A stretch of 64,000 bases of DNA from Desulfomonilia bacterium (GCA_963664325.2 CAXXDQ010000007.1:928001-992000), one strand, 5' to 3'. Counted from the first letter of the stretch, positions 10,474 to 19,943 are shown. A program made the numbers and translations. Notes: generated by a model from the letters alone, not told the origin.

Positions 10474-10998
10474 TTATTTTGAATTTATTTCTTTAGGTCC
10501 GAGACTCAAGGTAATCTCAAGCTTGCCCGGCACCTTTTTCTTTTTAAGCTTGAGAAAACCGTATCTCTGATTCACTTCCGGGATCTTATAAAGCCTGATG
10601 ATCTTATCCTTCTCCAGCTTGTAATACCCGGCTACGACAGCCACATATTTTGTGCCTTCCGCCCTGTCGATAAGCATCTTCTGGTTCTTCCCCGGATCGA
10701 CGAAAATCCTGGTGCAGGCGATTGCACTGGAATCGAAAACGCTGCAGTCAAGAAGTTTGTAAAGCCCCTCTTCATTGCTGGCGAGCTGATTGAACATCGA
10801 CTGGTCTTTAAGCTGATAAAGGCACATTGCAAGCTTATGCCCCTTGTTCCCCTTCAGGTTGAGCCTTGCGTCGGGCCTGATATCCAGGACAATCGCGCCC
10901 TTCTCTTCCACCCACTGAACTATATCCGGCGAAGAAGCGCATGAACACAGGATAACGGCAACAGCAAACATCATAGCAGCATATCTTGATATTTTCAT
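10474..10998 (-). CDS. tssJ: T6SS outer-membrane lipoprotein TssJ
   Basis: Lipobox LCSC, LN...HKLAMCLYQLKD, VDPGK, YVAVVAGY. Confidence 0.88.
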   Translation of the reverse strand: MKISRYAAMMFAVAVILCSCASSPDIVQWVEEKGAIVLDIRPDARLNLKGNKGHKLAMCLYQLKDQSMFNQLASNEEGLYKLLDCSVFDSSAIACTRIFVDPGKNQKMLIDRAEGTKYVAVVAGYYKLEKDKIIRLYKIPEVNQRYGFLKLKKKKVPGKLEITLSLGPKEINSK

Positions 10999-11002
10999 AA
11001 TA

Positions 11003-11734
11003 TTACCCCCTGTTTTCCATGAAAAGTCTCTGGCAGTTCTTTTCGAACTGCCTCAACAAGTCCTCCATGAAGCGGCCGGAATCATACCATTTCCTGCACT
11101 TCATGTATTTTCCCTCGAATATTTCGAAGGATTCGGCTTTTTTAAGCGGCCCTATTTTAAGACCCGTCTGGACAGGCTCCATCTGTTTCGGATCCAGTAC
11201 CGTCAGGACATTGCCGAGAACGCTTTTAGACGCATCCTTGAAGGCCTGCTGTGTTATCAGGAACGCCTTTTTTACCTGCCCGAGGTGTTCTTCAAGAGTT
11301 TTTCCCGACGCCTCACCTTCAAGGTTCGTCCCGATTATGTGGCGGATCGTTTCGTCGCCTTCTCCCGGCGTCCCGAGGGTTGCGTTGATAAGACCGATAA
11401 GCGTATTGAGCGAATCGAATATCACGTTCAGGGATTGCGCCAGCTTTTCCGGAAGGACATCTGCCGGTAATACCGATGCGCTCCTGCCCAGTATCAGGGG
11501 AACGAGTTTTTCCATTATTCCGGCATCGATACCGGCTGACGGTATGCCCCCGCATTCCCTGGGATTTTTCATAAGATTATCTTTTATAACGTCCAGTACC
11601 GCAATTTTTTCCATTGTGTCCCGACCGGCAAGCTCTCCCTCAAGCATTGCCTCGATGGAGGCTTCGGCTCCAGCCGGGCTGAAGCTGTATATTTTTTTTA
11701 TCTCTTCCGTCAGTTTTTTTAAATCCGCCGGCAA
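11003..11734 (-). CDS. T6SS-associated protein resembling the TagH/Fha C-terminal domain, without an FHA domain
   Basis: QQAF...VL..LDP..ME...GPLKKAESFEIFE.KY...F...F pattern recalls the TagH C-terminal domain (by eye); immediately upstream of tssJ, a common fha position. Confidence 0.55.
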   Translation of the reverse strand: MPADLKKLTEEIKKIYSFSPAGAEASIEAMLEGELAGRDTMEKIAVLDVIKDNLMKNPRECGGIPSAGIDAGIMEKLVPLILGRSASVLPADVLPEKLAQSLNVIFDSLNTLIGLINATLGTPGEGDETIRHIIGTNLEGEASGKTLEEHLGQVKKAFLITQQAFKDASKSVLGNVLTVLDPKQMEPVQTGLKIGPLKKAESFEIFEGKYMKCRKWYDSGRFMEDLLRQFEKNCQRLFMENRG

Positions 11735-11764
11735 TGTCCCCGTCCTTTATCAGAATCAAGTATT

Positions 11765-13771
11765 CTACTTTTTTATTATCACAGTCTCGCTCAGTTCATC
11801 ATCCTTATTTTCCAGTTTCCGTGTTTTCACCTCATCATCCTTTGCTGGATTGACCGCGGATTTTGGCGTCCTTTCAGCATTCCGGCCCATCATGATCGTC
11901 GCTTCCAGCAGGTCTTCAGGACTGCCGGTCGGTTCCGGCTTTTCTTCAGGAGGCTCTTTTGTTTTCCCGGCTTTTTTTGAGAGTGTCGCCGCATTGAGAA
12001 TTATCGTCTCATGAAAATCTTCCGGCTCTTCAATAATATCTGCTCCCTGCCCGGCCTTCTGTGCGGGTATTATGATGGTCTTTTCAAAAGATTCTTCCGG
12101 AGCGGACTCCTCAGTAACAAGAGGTGCTGTTTTTTCTGAACCCAGCCATTTTTCCCTTATATTATCGAGAATGCCGATGATCGCGGCGTTTAATTCCTCT
12201 CCTGGAACCGACTCATCCTTAGCAGCTGAAACCGCATGCGGGGCAGGCCCCTGCTCAAAGAGCATTTTTATTATCTCTCCTTTCAGGGTGTTAAGCGATG
12301 AAATAAATTCCTCTTCAGGAAAACCGCCATCTCCTGCATATCCATGAAGCATCAGCGAAACGCCTAAGGATACGGCTTCCCTGAAGAGATTCGAAAACTT
12401 TGCCCCTATAGAGCGGCCTGCAGGCTTGTAAAATATGTTTTCAGGACTGAAAACACCGCTGCCAAGCATTTCAGGGTCTAAAGTCTTCTTGCTGACAAAG
12501 GCGCTGAGCGCCTCTTTCAACCGGGCATCGATTTCTTTTTTCCCCGGACTCGGGTTTGATAAAAGAATATAGATCAATAACCTTCCGAAGAAATAGGCAA
12601 AATAGCTGTTCGGTGCGGAAGGAAGCATATGAAAGGATTCCTCGGTCTCGGGACCTTTAAGATAAACCGACCTGAAATTCCAGAATGCCGGCAGCAAACC
12701 TCCGCCATCAGGCAGCGTTACCCATATTGATTCGGGGCCCAGTCCCATGTCAGGATATTTAAGGTTGCCTGAACCCCTGACAACACGGGATAAAATTTCA
12801 GCGGCAAATGAAAGCTTTAAATACAATATTTCAAGAAAAGCCCTGTCGCCGTTTTCAAACAATAATGAGGATAGGGATTGCCTTGTTCTCTCAAATGATG
12901 CAACGGCATCAAGCCGGCCTGAAAATCCCCCTGCCCTGAGGCTGTCCTCAATTTCCTCAAATGATGCCCCTGACAGGAGCTGAAGAAAATCCGAGGCATT
13001 GATTGTACCGGCCTCGCTCAAAGCTGCATAAAACGGATAGAAGGAGAAACTCACGATATTGTTAAGCGCATGCCAGTCTTCTCCATAGCAGCCTGTTCTA
13101 TGCCCGCACGAGGAGCAGGGTATTCTTGGATCGGCCTTGACAAGCAGGTTCACATACTCCCGGACAAGAGAGCTTTTACCTTTGACCCCTTTCGGTTCGT
13201 CACTTCCCGCAGATCCTGTATAAAAAACCGGGGTCCTGCCCTGGGTCTGGCATTCGGGACAGTACAGATACCGTTTCAGGGATCCGGAATAGGATGCAAG
13301 ACCGTTATCCCTGAGCAGGTTTTCGTCCCTGCAGAGGTCAAAGCCGGATGAACAGGCCGGACAGACAGGTGTGAAATATGCCTTGTTCTTAATGCAGTAA
13401 AAAAGAGGGTCGAACGGAAGATATGCCCCGGCAGAATCTTTCCTGTCCGAGAGGAGCATATCATTATTTTCCGCAGATGATTTCAGCATTCTCTGCCAGC
13501 TTTCATCGAGAGTTCTATTCGTGACATCTTCCAGCAGATTGCCATACTGCAGGTACTCATCACGTGCAGTCACCACGAAAACCTCTTTGACGACAGACCC
13601 CGGGGAAGTGACAACATGCGCCTTCATCACTCTTGTAAACGGTCTTGACTCGTCTACTCCGGCAAAGGGATTTGGCATGGCTTCCGGTTCGGCACCAGTG
13701 TTTTTTATGTCAAGCTTCAGATAAATGCCGCCTGCGGTATCCTTTAAGAAGGCTGTAAATGTATTGTTCAT
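11765..13771 (-). CDS. T6SS-associated hypothetical protein; predicted pseudokinase with Cys-rich insertion and acidic Thr-motif tail
   Basis: ATG at 13771 with AAGGA RBS (ORF track extends to 13897); CPAC, CPEC, CSSC..C; DMGLGPESIWV and AYFFGRLLIYILLSN resemble kinase subdomains VIb and IX; first gene of the T6SS run. Confidence 0.6.
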   Translation of the reverse strand: MNNTFTAFLKDTAGGIYLKLDIKNTGAEPEAMPNPFAGVDESRPFTRVMKAHVVTSPGSVVKEVFVVTARDEYLQYGNLLEDVTNRTLDESWQRMLKSSAENNDMLLSDRKDSAGAYLPFDPLFYCIKNKAYFTPVCPACSSGFDLCRDENLLRDNGLASYSGSLKRYLYCPECQTQGRTPVFYTGSAGSDEPKGVKGKSSLVREYVNLLVKADPRIPCSSCGHRTGCYGEDWHALNNIVSFSFYPFYAALSEAGTINASDFLQLLSGASFEEIEDSLRAGGFSGRLDAVASFERTRQSLSSLLFENGDRAFLEILYLKLSFAAEILSRVVRGSGNLKYPDMGLGPESIWVTLPDGGGLLPAFWNFRSVYLKGPETEESFHMLPSAPNSYFAYFFGRLLIYILLSNPSPGKKEIDARLKEALSAFVSKKTLDPEMLGSGVFSPENIFYKPAGRSIGAKFSNLFREAVSLGVSLMLHGYAGDGGFPEEEFISSLNTLKGEIIKMLFEQGPAPHAVSAAKDESVPGEELNAAIIGILDNIREKWLGSEKTAPLVTEESAPEESFEKTIIIPAQKAGQGADIIEEPEDFHETIILNAATLSKKAGKTKEPPEEKPEPTGSPEDLLEATIMMGRNAERTPKSAVNPAKDDEVKTRKLENKDDELSETVIIKK

Positions 13772-13896
13772 GATATCCTTTTCATTATCTTTTTTAATTT
13801 TCAAAGCTCCTCTGCCAGCGGTGAAAAATCCTGCAAGCTGTCCAGTGTTTCCGGAGGTGTGTTTCAGGCGTTTGCTATTGAATCCAACTGATTGCA

Positions 13897-13925
13897 AATA
13901 TTAATTTTTATAAGACAAAAGTCAA
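13897..13925 (-). promoter_or_regulatory. Possible sigma-70 promoter for the T6SS operon
   Basis: TTGACT at 13925-13920 with AATATT or TAATAT 17 or 16 bp downstream, in an AT-rich divergent intergenic region. Confidence 0.3.
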
Positions 13926-14001
13926 GCTTACAAAGGAATCCCCTTTGTCGTTATCGGATATCAATGTATAATGAAATTTCAAACTTATTCAGGAGGTAAC
14001 A

Positions 14002-14715
14002 ATGCCCATTACAGGCTACGCACTTGACGGTACGGTTGCCGTTGTCAGCCTTAACAGCGACGACAACAAACTCAAGCCCGTTTTCGTAAAATCTTTTTTG
14101 AAAACATTGGATGATATCGAACATACAACGGATGCAAAGGCCCTTGTTGTAACATCGTCGCATGACAGGATCTTTTCAAACGGTCTTGACCTCGATTGGG
14201 TTGTGCCTACGATCAACTCCGGCAAGCTGGCTGAATTCACAGAGTTTATTATCGATCTTATGAAGTTATACAGACGGATCCTCATGTTCCCGATGCCGAC
14301 GGTTGCGGCGATAAACGGGCATGCCTTCGCGGGCGGCGCAATATTGGCATGCTATTTCGATTACCGTTTCATGCGTTCCGATCGCGGCTTCATGTGTTTC
14401 CCCGAAGTTGACCTGGGAATACCTTTTTTACCCGGCATGATGGCTGCCATGCGCCATGTGATACCCGTCGACACACTTACCGGCATGGCGCTTGAAGGCA
14501 GGCGTCTGACAGGCTCGGAGTGCGCGGAAAGAAATATCGCTGTCCGGGCCCTGCCGAATGAAACGCTCCTCAATGAAGCGCTCGCTTTTGCAAAAACCAT
14601 CAGCAAGCGCCGCGAGATAATCTTCGAGATAAAAAAGGAGCTTTACAAAGACATCCTTCATGCAATGGATGTTGAGGACCCCAAGACAATAGCTTCAGGA
14701 CGGTTCAACGTATAA
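14002..14715 (+). CDS. Enoyl-CoA hydratase/delta-isomerase family protein
   Basis: FSNGLDL, PTVAAINGHAFAGG, DYRFMRSDRGFMCFPEVDLG. Confidence 0.9.
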   Translation: MPITGYALDGTVAVVSLNSDDNKLKPVFVKSFLKTLDDIEHTTDAKALVVTSSHDRIFSNGLDLDWVVPTINSGKLAEFTEFIIDLMKLYRRILMFPMPTVAAINGHAFAGGAILACYFDYRFMRSDRGFMCFPEVDLGIPFLPGMMAAMRHVIPVDTLTGMALEGRRLTGSECAERNIAVRALPNETLLNEALAFAKTISKRREIIFEIKKELYKDILHAMDVEDPKTIASGRFNV

Positions 14716-14817
14716 CACCCTGTAAAGAAAAGACGGGATATGCGCCATGCAGCGCCTGGCGTTTTCCGGCTACTCCTTAATGCAGCCGGAAATGGCCTCC
14801 AGTCCCAGCCTCTTCCT

Positions 14818-15987
14818 TTATGTTGGCGCCAGTACCAGATCCTCAAGCCTGTCCGGCCAGCTTGTAAGAGATACGCAGCCGTCATCGGTTACAAGAACGG
14901 TATCGGAATGCCTGAATCCTCCCAGACCCGTGATGTATATCCCCGGTTCAATACTTATAACCATGTTTCTTTTAAGGATGGTCTCGCTTCCCATCGCCAC
15001 CCAGGGCGGCTCATGTCCGGTGATACCGAAGCCGTGACCCGTTCTGTGCAGGATATTGTCTTTATAACCGCGGTCTTCGATTACCTTGAGGACTTCCCGG
15101 TCCACTTCAGCTGCTGAAACTCCGGGCCTGACCAGCCTGAATGCATGCGCCCTGGCATCCATCATGGCCTCATACGGATCGCGGGCCTCATCCGGAACCG
15201 ATCCCATGAAAAAGGTCCGCTCGAGTTCAGCGGAATAGCCGTCCGCCTGGACTGCGATAATAACTACATTCGGTCCGCCCTCCTCAAAAAGGTCGAACAA
15301 GCCGGGCATGGAATGGGGCTGTGCGGAAAGTTTATTGGGCCAGACTGCACAGACCGCTTTGCTGACAAGAATATTCGGATTGGGGATCTCGAACAGGATG
15401 CGGGCCAGCATCTGCCTGGTACCCTCAGAGTAGACCGCCAGCTGCTGGGCCCCGGGACGGCTGAGTTCCAGGGCTGTTTTCATACCTGTTTCGAGTATGC
15501 TGCATGCATGTGCGATGCGGCCTACCTCATATTCACTCTTGACCATACGGGCCTCATCCACAATATCGATGACCTTCAGCTTGCCCGGCATAACACCTTT
15601 CAACGAAACTGTAATGGAAGATTCGATACCTACCGTGGCATAATCAGGAATAATCTTTTTTAATGTATCGACATAGGTGCGGCCGGCCGGGGCGGGAAAC
15701 TCATAATAGGTATGGTACTCGACATCCAGAAGGACCCGGTCCCGTGCATGGCTGACTTCCAGATCCGGCGTAACCATGATGGGTTTGTCCGAAGCCGGGA
15801 CCACCATGAAAAAGGGCCTCTCGAACGGTATGTAGGCAAAGTTGGTCAGGTAATATACATTCTCGGTACTGGCGCATACATAATAGCCGAGACCTTCCTT
15901 CGCCATTCGGGACCTCAGGGCGTTTATCCTCGACTGCAATTCCATGGTGGAAGGCTTCTCAGTAATGTGGGGTATTTCGAGGGACAT
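14818..15987 (-). CDS. M24-family (Xaa-Pro peptidase/creatinase-like) hydrolase
   Basis: NVYYLTNF, RMVKSEYE, TGHGFG, HEPP, SIEPGIY; start moved to ATG 15987 with AAGGAG RBS. Confidence 0.88.
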   Translation of the reverse strand: MSLEIPHITEKPSTMELQSRINALRSRMAKEGLGYYVCASTENVYYLTNFAYIPFERPFFMVVPASDKPIMVTPDLEVSHARDRVLLDVEYHTYYEFPAPAGRTYVDTLKKIIPDYATVGIESSITVSLKGVMPGKLKVIDIVDEARMVKSEYEVGRIAHACSILETGMKTALELSRPGAQQLAVYSEGTRQMLARILFEIPNPNILVSKAVCAVWPNKLSAQPHSMPGLFDLFEEGGPNVVIIAVQADGYSAELERTFFMGSVPDEARDPYEAMMDARAHAFRLVRPGVSAAEVDREVLKVIEDRGYKDNILHRTGHGFGITGHEPPWVAMGSETILKRNMVISIEPGIYITGLGGFRHSDTVLVTDDGCVSLTSWPDRLEDLVLAPT

Positions 15988-16222
15988 CGCAAACTCCTTT
16001 TTCATTGAGATTACCATTGGCCTGCCCCGGGGTAAAGTGCCCATTGCCGAAATCAAAACCCTAAAAACGGCTTCTTGAAGACAGCACTGCTTTTCAACAC
16101 ATACTGAACCTTGTAAATATTGCAATAATTATTGTATTTATCAAAAGAACTTAATGAAAATCATCCAAAGAAATCCGCAAGAAGAACATTTTTAAAAATA
16201 CAATTCGATTGAAGGAGATAAT

Positions 16223-17803
16223 ATGAACAAGGGCCCGAAATCTTTTAAATTCGCCATGCAGCCCGGAGAAGAGTTAATGGAGCTTTGCAGGGTCTTCGGC
16301 ATTTCACAGCCGGATCTGGCCCCGCCGCGCAAGGAGGGCCAGGGGCCGTTCGGCAGACTTGTGCTCAAGAATGCGATGATGATCGACGGAACAGGCGCAC
16401 CGGTCCAGGGACCGTTCAACATCGTAATCAAACGCGACCGGATAGCTGAGATACGTCATGCGATGTTCCTTCTTCCTCCGGAACAGGGGGACCTGGAGAT
16501 AGACTGCACCGGCAAATACGTGCTCCCCGGATTCGTTGACTCCCATGTCCACATAGGAAACCCTTCGGAAGGCTTATGCGGAAAGATCACGCCGCCGGAA
16601 TACATATTCAAGCTCTGGTTGGCGCACGGGGTCACCACTGTAAGGGAATGCGGTGCGCTCATGGGTCTCGACTGGACCCTGGCGCTCGAAAAAAAGAGCG
16701 AGGCAAACGAGATCACCGCGCCCAGGATCGTGTCCTACCCGTCACCGTATACGCCTTATATCGTGACTCAGGTGACCACGGGAGAGGCGGCCCGCGCGTG
16801 GGTCGGCGAAGTGGCTGAAAAAGGCATCAAGGGCATCAAACTGTTCGGGCACTATCCCGAAGTGATGAATGCCGTATATGACGAGTGCAGGACCCGCGGG
16901 CTGCGCAGTTCATGTCATCATACGATAGTATGGGCCAGCCGCGTGAATGCTCTCGATTCATGCCGCATGGGATTGACCAGCATGGAGCATTTCCTGGGGC
17001 TGGCGGAGGCCCTTGACCCCTCCTCCACTGTCCAGAACTTCCTTCCGGACTACAACTATGAAAATGAATCGATGCGCGCCCTGCAGGACGCACGCATGTG
17101 GCGGCCGATCGTACCCGGCAGCCAGCGGTGGAAAGACGTGCTCGACGAGATGCTGGAGCACGGCCTCACAATAGTGCCTACCCTTTCGAGCTGGGAACCC
17201 GGCATGGACGTCATGCGGTACACCTTCTCGGAGTGGCACAAGGACTATACCCTGCCCGCCCTCTGGCGCTTCTTCCAGCCGAGCCTCATGTCCCACTGGT
17301 CTTTCTATTACGACTGGTCCACGGCCTGCGAGATCGAATTCAAGCGCGCCTATCCCAAGTGGATGGCATTTATCAACGACTACAAGAACATGGGCGGCAG
17401 GGTCACGGCAGGGAGCGATTCCGGCTTCGGAATGAAGCTCTTCGGCTTCGATTTCATCCGCGAGCTCGAACTCCTTCAGGAGGCTGGCTTCCATCCGCTC
17501 GAAGTGGTGAGATCTGCGACGCTCGACGGCGCCAGGCTGCTCGGCATGACGGACGAGATAGGCAGCATCGAACCCGGAAAGAAGGCTGATATCCTGGTAA
17601 TAGACGAAAATCCCCTCATGAACTTTAAGGTGCTGTACGGAACCGGACACATGAGAATGGATACGGCCACCGGAGAAGTCAGAAAGATAAAGGCCCTGCG
17701 TTACACCATCAAAGACGGCATCGTCTATGATTCACAGCAGCTTCTGGCAGATGTGGCCGCAATGGTCGAAAGAGAAAAAGAAGCCGAGTCGCAGGCCGGC
17801 TGA
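16223..17803 (+). CDS. Metal-dependent amidohydrolase family protein
   Basis: YVLPGFVDSHVH, GVTTVRE, AGSDSG, GSIEPGKKADI. Confidence 0.9.
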   Translation: MNKGPKSFKFAMQPGEELMELCRVFGISQPDLAPPRKEGQGPFGRLVLKNAMMIDGTGAPVQGPFNIVIKRDRIAEIRHAMFLLPPEQGDLEIDCTGKYVLPGFVDSHVHIGNPSEGLCGKITPPEYIFKLWLAHGVTTVRECGALMGLDWTLALEKKSEANEITAPRIVSYPSPYTPYIVTQVTTGEAARAWVGEVAEKGIKGIKLFGHYPEVMNAVYDECRTRGLRSSCHHTIVWASRVNALDSCRMGLTSMEHFLGLAEALDPSSTVQNFLPDYNYENESMRALQDARMWRPIVPGSQRWKDVLDEMLEHGLTIVPTLSSWEPGMDVMRYTFSEWHKDYTLPALWRFFQPSLMSHWSFYYDWSTACEIEFKRAYPKWMAFINDYKNMGGRVTAGSDSGFGMKLFGFDFIRELELLQEAGFHPLEVVRSATLDGARLLGMTDEIGSIEPGKKADILVIDENPLMNFKVLYGTGHMRMDTATGEVRKIKALRYTIKDGIVYDSQQLLADVAAMVEREKEAESQAG

Positions 17804-17818
17804 TACGGTTATATAATA

Positions 17819-17845
17819 GGCATCGAGCGTATAATGCCCGATGCC
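17819..17845 (-). terminator. Hairpin between convergent amidohydrolase and FGGY kinase genes
   Basis: GGCATCGAGC-N7-GCCCGATGCC; the single mismatch is a G-U pair on the minus strand. Confidence 0.55.
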
Positions 17846-17853
17846 GTCCCTTG

Positions 17854-19419
17854 TTAATCTTCCGGCGGATAACCCGTTATCTGTCCTATCCTCTTGTTGA
17901 GAGGTGCAATTATTTCAAAATTCTTTTTATAAACATCATTGAAAAGCTCGCTATATATATTGTGAGTCTGTGCATTCGGTTCGAACTTTCTGCCAGTCCG
18001 TACCATGGCTTTCACTGCATCCTCAAATGAACCGTAGATGCCGACACCTACGGCTGCATCTATTGCGGCGCCAAGAGCGGATATTTCTGTAGTGGCCATA
18101 CGGTATGTAGGCAGGTTGAACATGTCGGCTGCAATCTGTACTGCCACGTCGCTCCTCGAACCGCCTCCGCCGACCCTTATCTCTTTGATCTCAACGCCGG
18201 TTTTGACTGTTACCACTTCGTTCATGCGCCTCAATTCGAATGCTATGCCCTCAAGGATCGCCCTGTAAATGTGCGCCCTTGTATGGACATCGCCGAATCC
18301 GATGATGGAACCTTTGGCATACTTGTCATTGACAAGCGGCGACCAGTAAGGCTGAACCATCAGACCCATGCAGCCGGGTGGAATGTTTTTTATCACCTCA
18401 TCGAATATGACCTCTGGCGCCACACCGCGCTTCTCCGCCTCCAATGCCTCCCTGAGGCCAAATTCCTGCTTGAACCATGTGACCATCCAGAAACCGCGGA
18501 AGATGAACATCTCAATGTCCCAGGTCCTGGGAATGGCTGCAGGCCATGTGAAAAACCTCATTTTGCTGTCTTCGATATACTTTCTTGTAATAACCTCCAT
18601 TGCCGTTGCGGTACCGAAACTGATTACCGCTATCTTCGGGTCAATGGCGCCCGCGCCCAGGAGTTCGCATTGTTTGTCCCCTGCCCCCACTACAACAGGA
18701 AGGCCTTCAGGAATGCCTGTTTCAGCGGATGCCTTTTTTGTGATATGACCTATAATTTCATTCGGCTCGCACAGATCGACACAATGGTCCTGTCTCATTC
18801 CGAATGTTTCATAGACGAACCCAAGGGCGCTGCCATACCAGGAGAGTTTCTTATAATCAAAAGGCCATATGCCGGTTATCATGCCTTTCGAATCCTTGAA
18901 TTCGTCAGTAAGCTTCTTGACGAAGAACCCTGTTACCTGAACGAACTTGTGAGTCTTTGCGTAGATTTCCGGCTCGTTCTCTTTTATCCACAGGAATTTG
19001 GAATTCTTCTGTGCATAACGTATTGTTTCTGTCTTGCCCATCAATCCGAATGCTATCTTGCCGATGGTGGGAAGCGGAGGAGGATCGTTAACCGTCCGGT
19101 TGTCAAGCCAGATTATACCCGGACGGAGGGCATTCCCGTCTTTATCCATGGGAATTACCGTGTTCCTCTGGCTTGTTATTCCGACAGCGCCTATCTCCGC
19201 CTTATCAATTTTGACCTTGTCCAGAAGGGCGCTGCAGACAAGACAGAGCTTGCCCCAGTAGTCTTCAGTCCTCTGCTCGGCCCATCCGGGATTCAGGGAA
19301 AAATATGGTTCATACTGTGCCTGTTCGATTCCTAGTTCATTACCTTCCTTGTCGAACAGGACCGCCCTTATACTCTGTGTTCCGGAATCAATTGCCAGGA
19401 TATACTTTTTTTCTGCCAC
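17854..19419 (-). CDS. FGGY-family carbohydrate kinase
   Basis: ILAIDSGTQSIR, GWAEQ, IIWLDNR, GAGDKQ, RAILEGIA, VGGGGSRS. Confidence 0.92.
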   Translation of the reverse strand: MAEKKYILAIDSGTQSIRAVLFDKEGNELGIEQAQYEPYFSLNPGWAEQRTEDYWGKLCLVCSALLDKVKIDKAEIGAVGITSQRNTVIPMDKDGNALRPGIIWLDNRTVNDPPPLPTIGKIAFGLMGKTETIRYAQKNSKFLWIKENEPEIYAKTHKFVQVTGFFVKKLTDEFKDSKGMITGIWPFDYKKLSWYGSALGFVYETFGMRQDHCVDLCEPNEIIGHITKKASAETGIPEGLPVVVGAGDKQCELLGAGAIDPKIAVISFGTATAMEVITRKYIEDSKMRFFTWPAAIPRTWDIEMFIFRGFWMVTWFKQEFGLREALEAEKRGVAPEVIFDEVIKNIPPGCMGLMVQPYWSPLVNDKYAKGSIIGFGDVHTRAHIYRAILEGIAFELRRMNEVVTVKTGVEIKEIRVGGGGSRSDVAVQIAADMFNLPTYRMATTEISALGAAIDAAVGVGIYGSFEDAVKAMVRTGRKFEPNAQTHNIYSELFNDVYKKNFEIIAPLNKRIGQITGYPPED

Positions 19420-19597
19420 TTTGCCCTCCTGGAAAAATATTTAACCTCAATAATAATCAGCAACATCATGAAACAGAAGTATTGGCAAGATAATTTGTAC
19501 CATTATTCTACCAGTTGCGGTCATATTCAATTTTTTCTTTACTTGATAAGCCGATTTATGGTTTATCTCACAATTACGCATAAAGGAGGTAAACGCG

Positions 19598-19786
19598 ATG
19601 GGAACGTTTAGCGTATGGCACCTGATAATTCTTCTGGTTGTAGTGCTTATCATCTTCGGCGCAGGTAAATTGCCCGAGGTGGGGCAGGCACTCGGCAAAG
19701 GCATAAAGAACTTTAAAAGCGCAATGAATGAAGAAGAAAAAAACCTGAAAGGCAACCTGGAAGACAAGAACAAACCGTCTAATTAA
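19598..19786 (+). CDS. tatA: Twin-arginine translocase subunit TatA
   Basis: [24 protein letters not shown]; AAGGAGG RBS. Confidence 0.95.
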   Translation: MGTFSVWHLIILLVVVLIIFGAGKLPEVGQALGKGIKNFKSAMNEEEKNLKGNLEDKNKPSN

Positions 19787-19795
19787 ATACAGTTC

Positions 19796-19819
19796 AGAGC
19801 AGGTGTTCTTACCTGCTCT
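19796..19819 (+). terminator. Hairpin downstream of tatA
   Basis: Perfect 9-bp stem AGAGCAGGT-N6-ACCTGCTCT. Confidence 0.6.
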
Positions 19820-19943
19820 TCAACATTTCACAACCCTGGAAAAATCGTTTAAGTTCAAATTTTTTTCAACTTCATTTTATTGTTAAAAGATTTTAAGCAA
19901 TTTAATTATGCAACATCATGCATTTTTCTGATAAAATTATTCA

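Noticed and set aside
11019-12014. 331-aa plus-strand ORF opposite the T6SS lead genes
   Set aside because: Ser/Phe-rich antisense shadow with no motifs
18271-19335. 354-aa plus-strand ORF
   Set aside because: Antisense to the FGGY kinase; no recognisable domain
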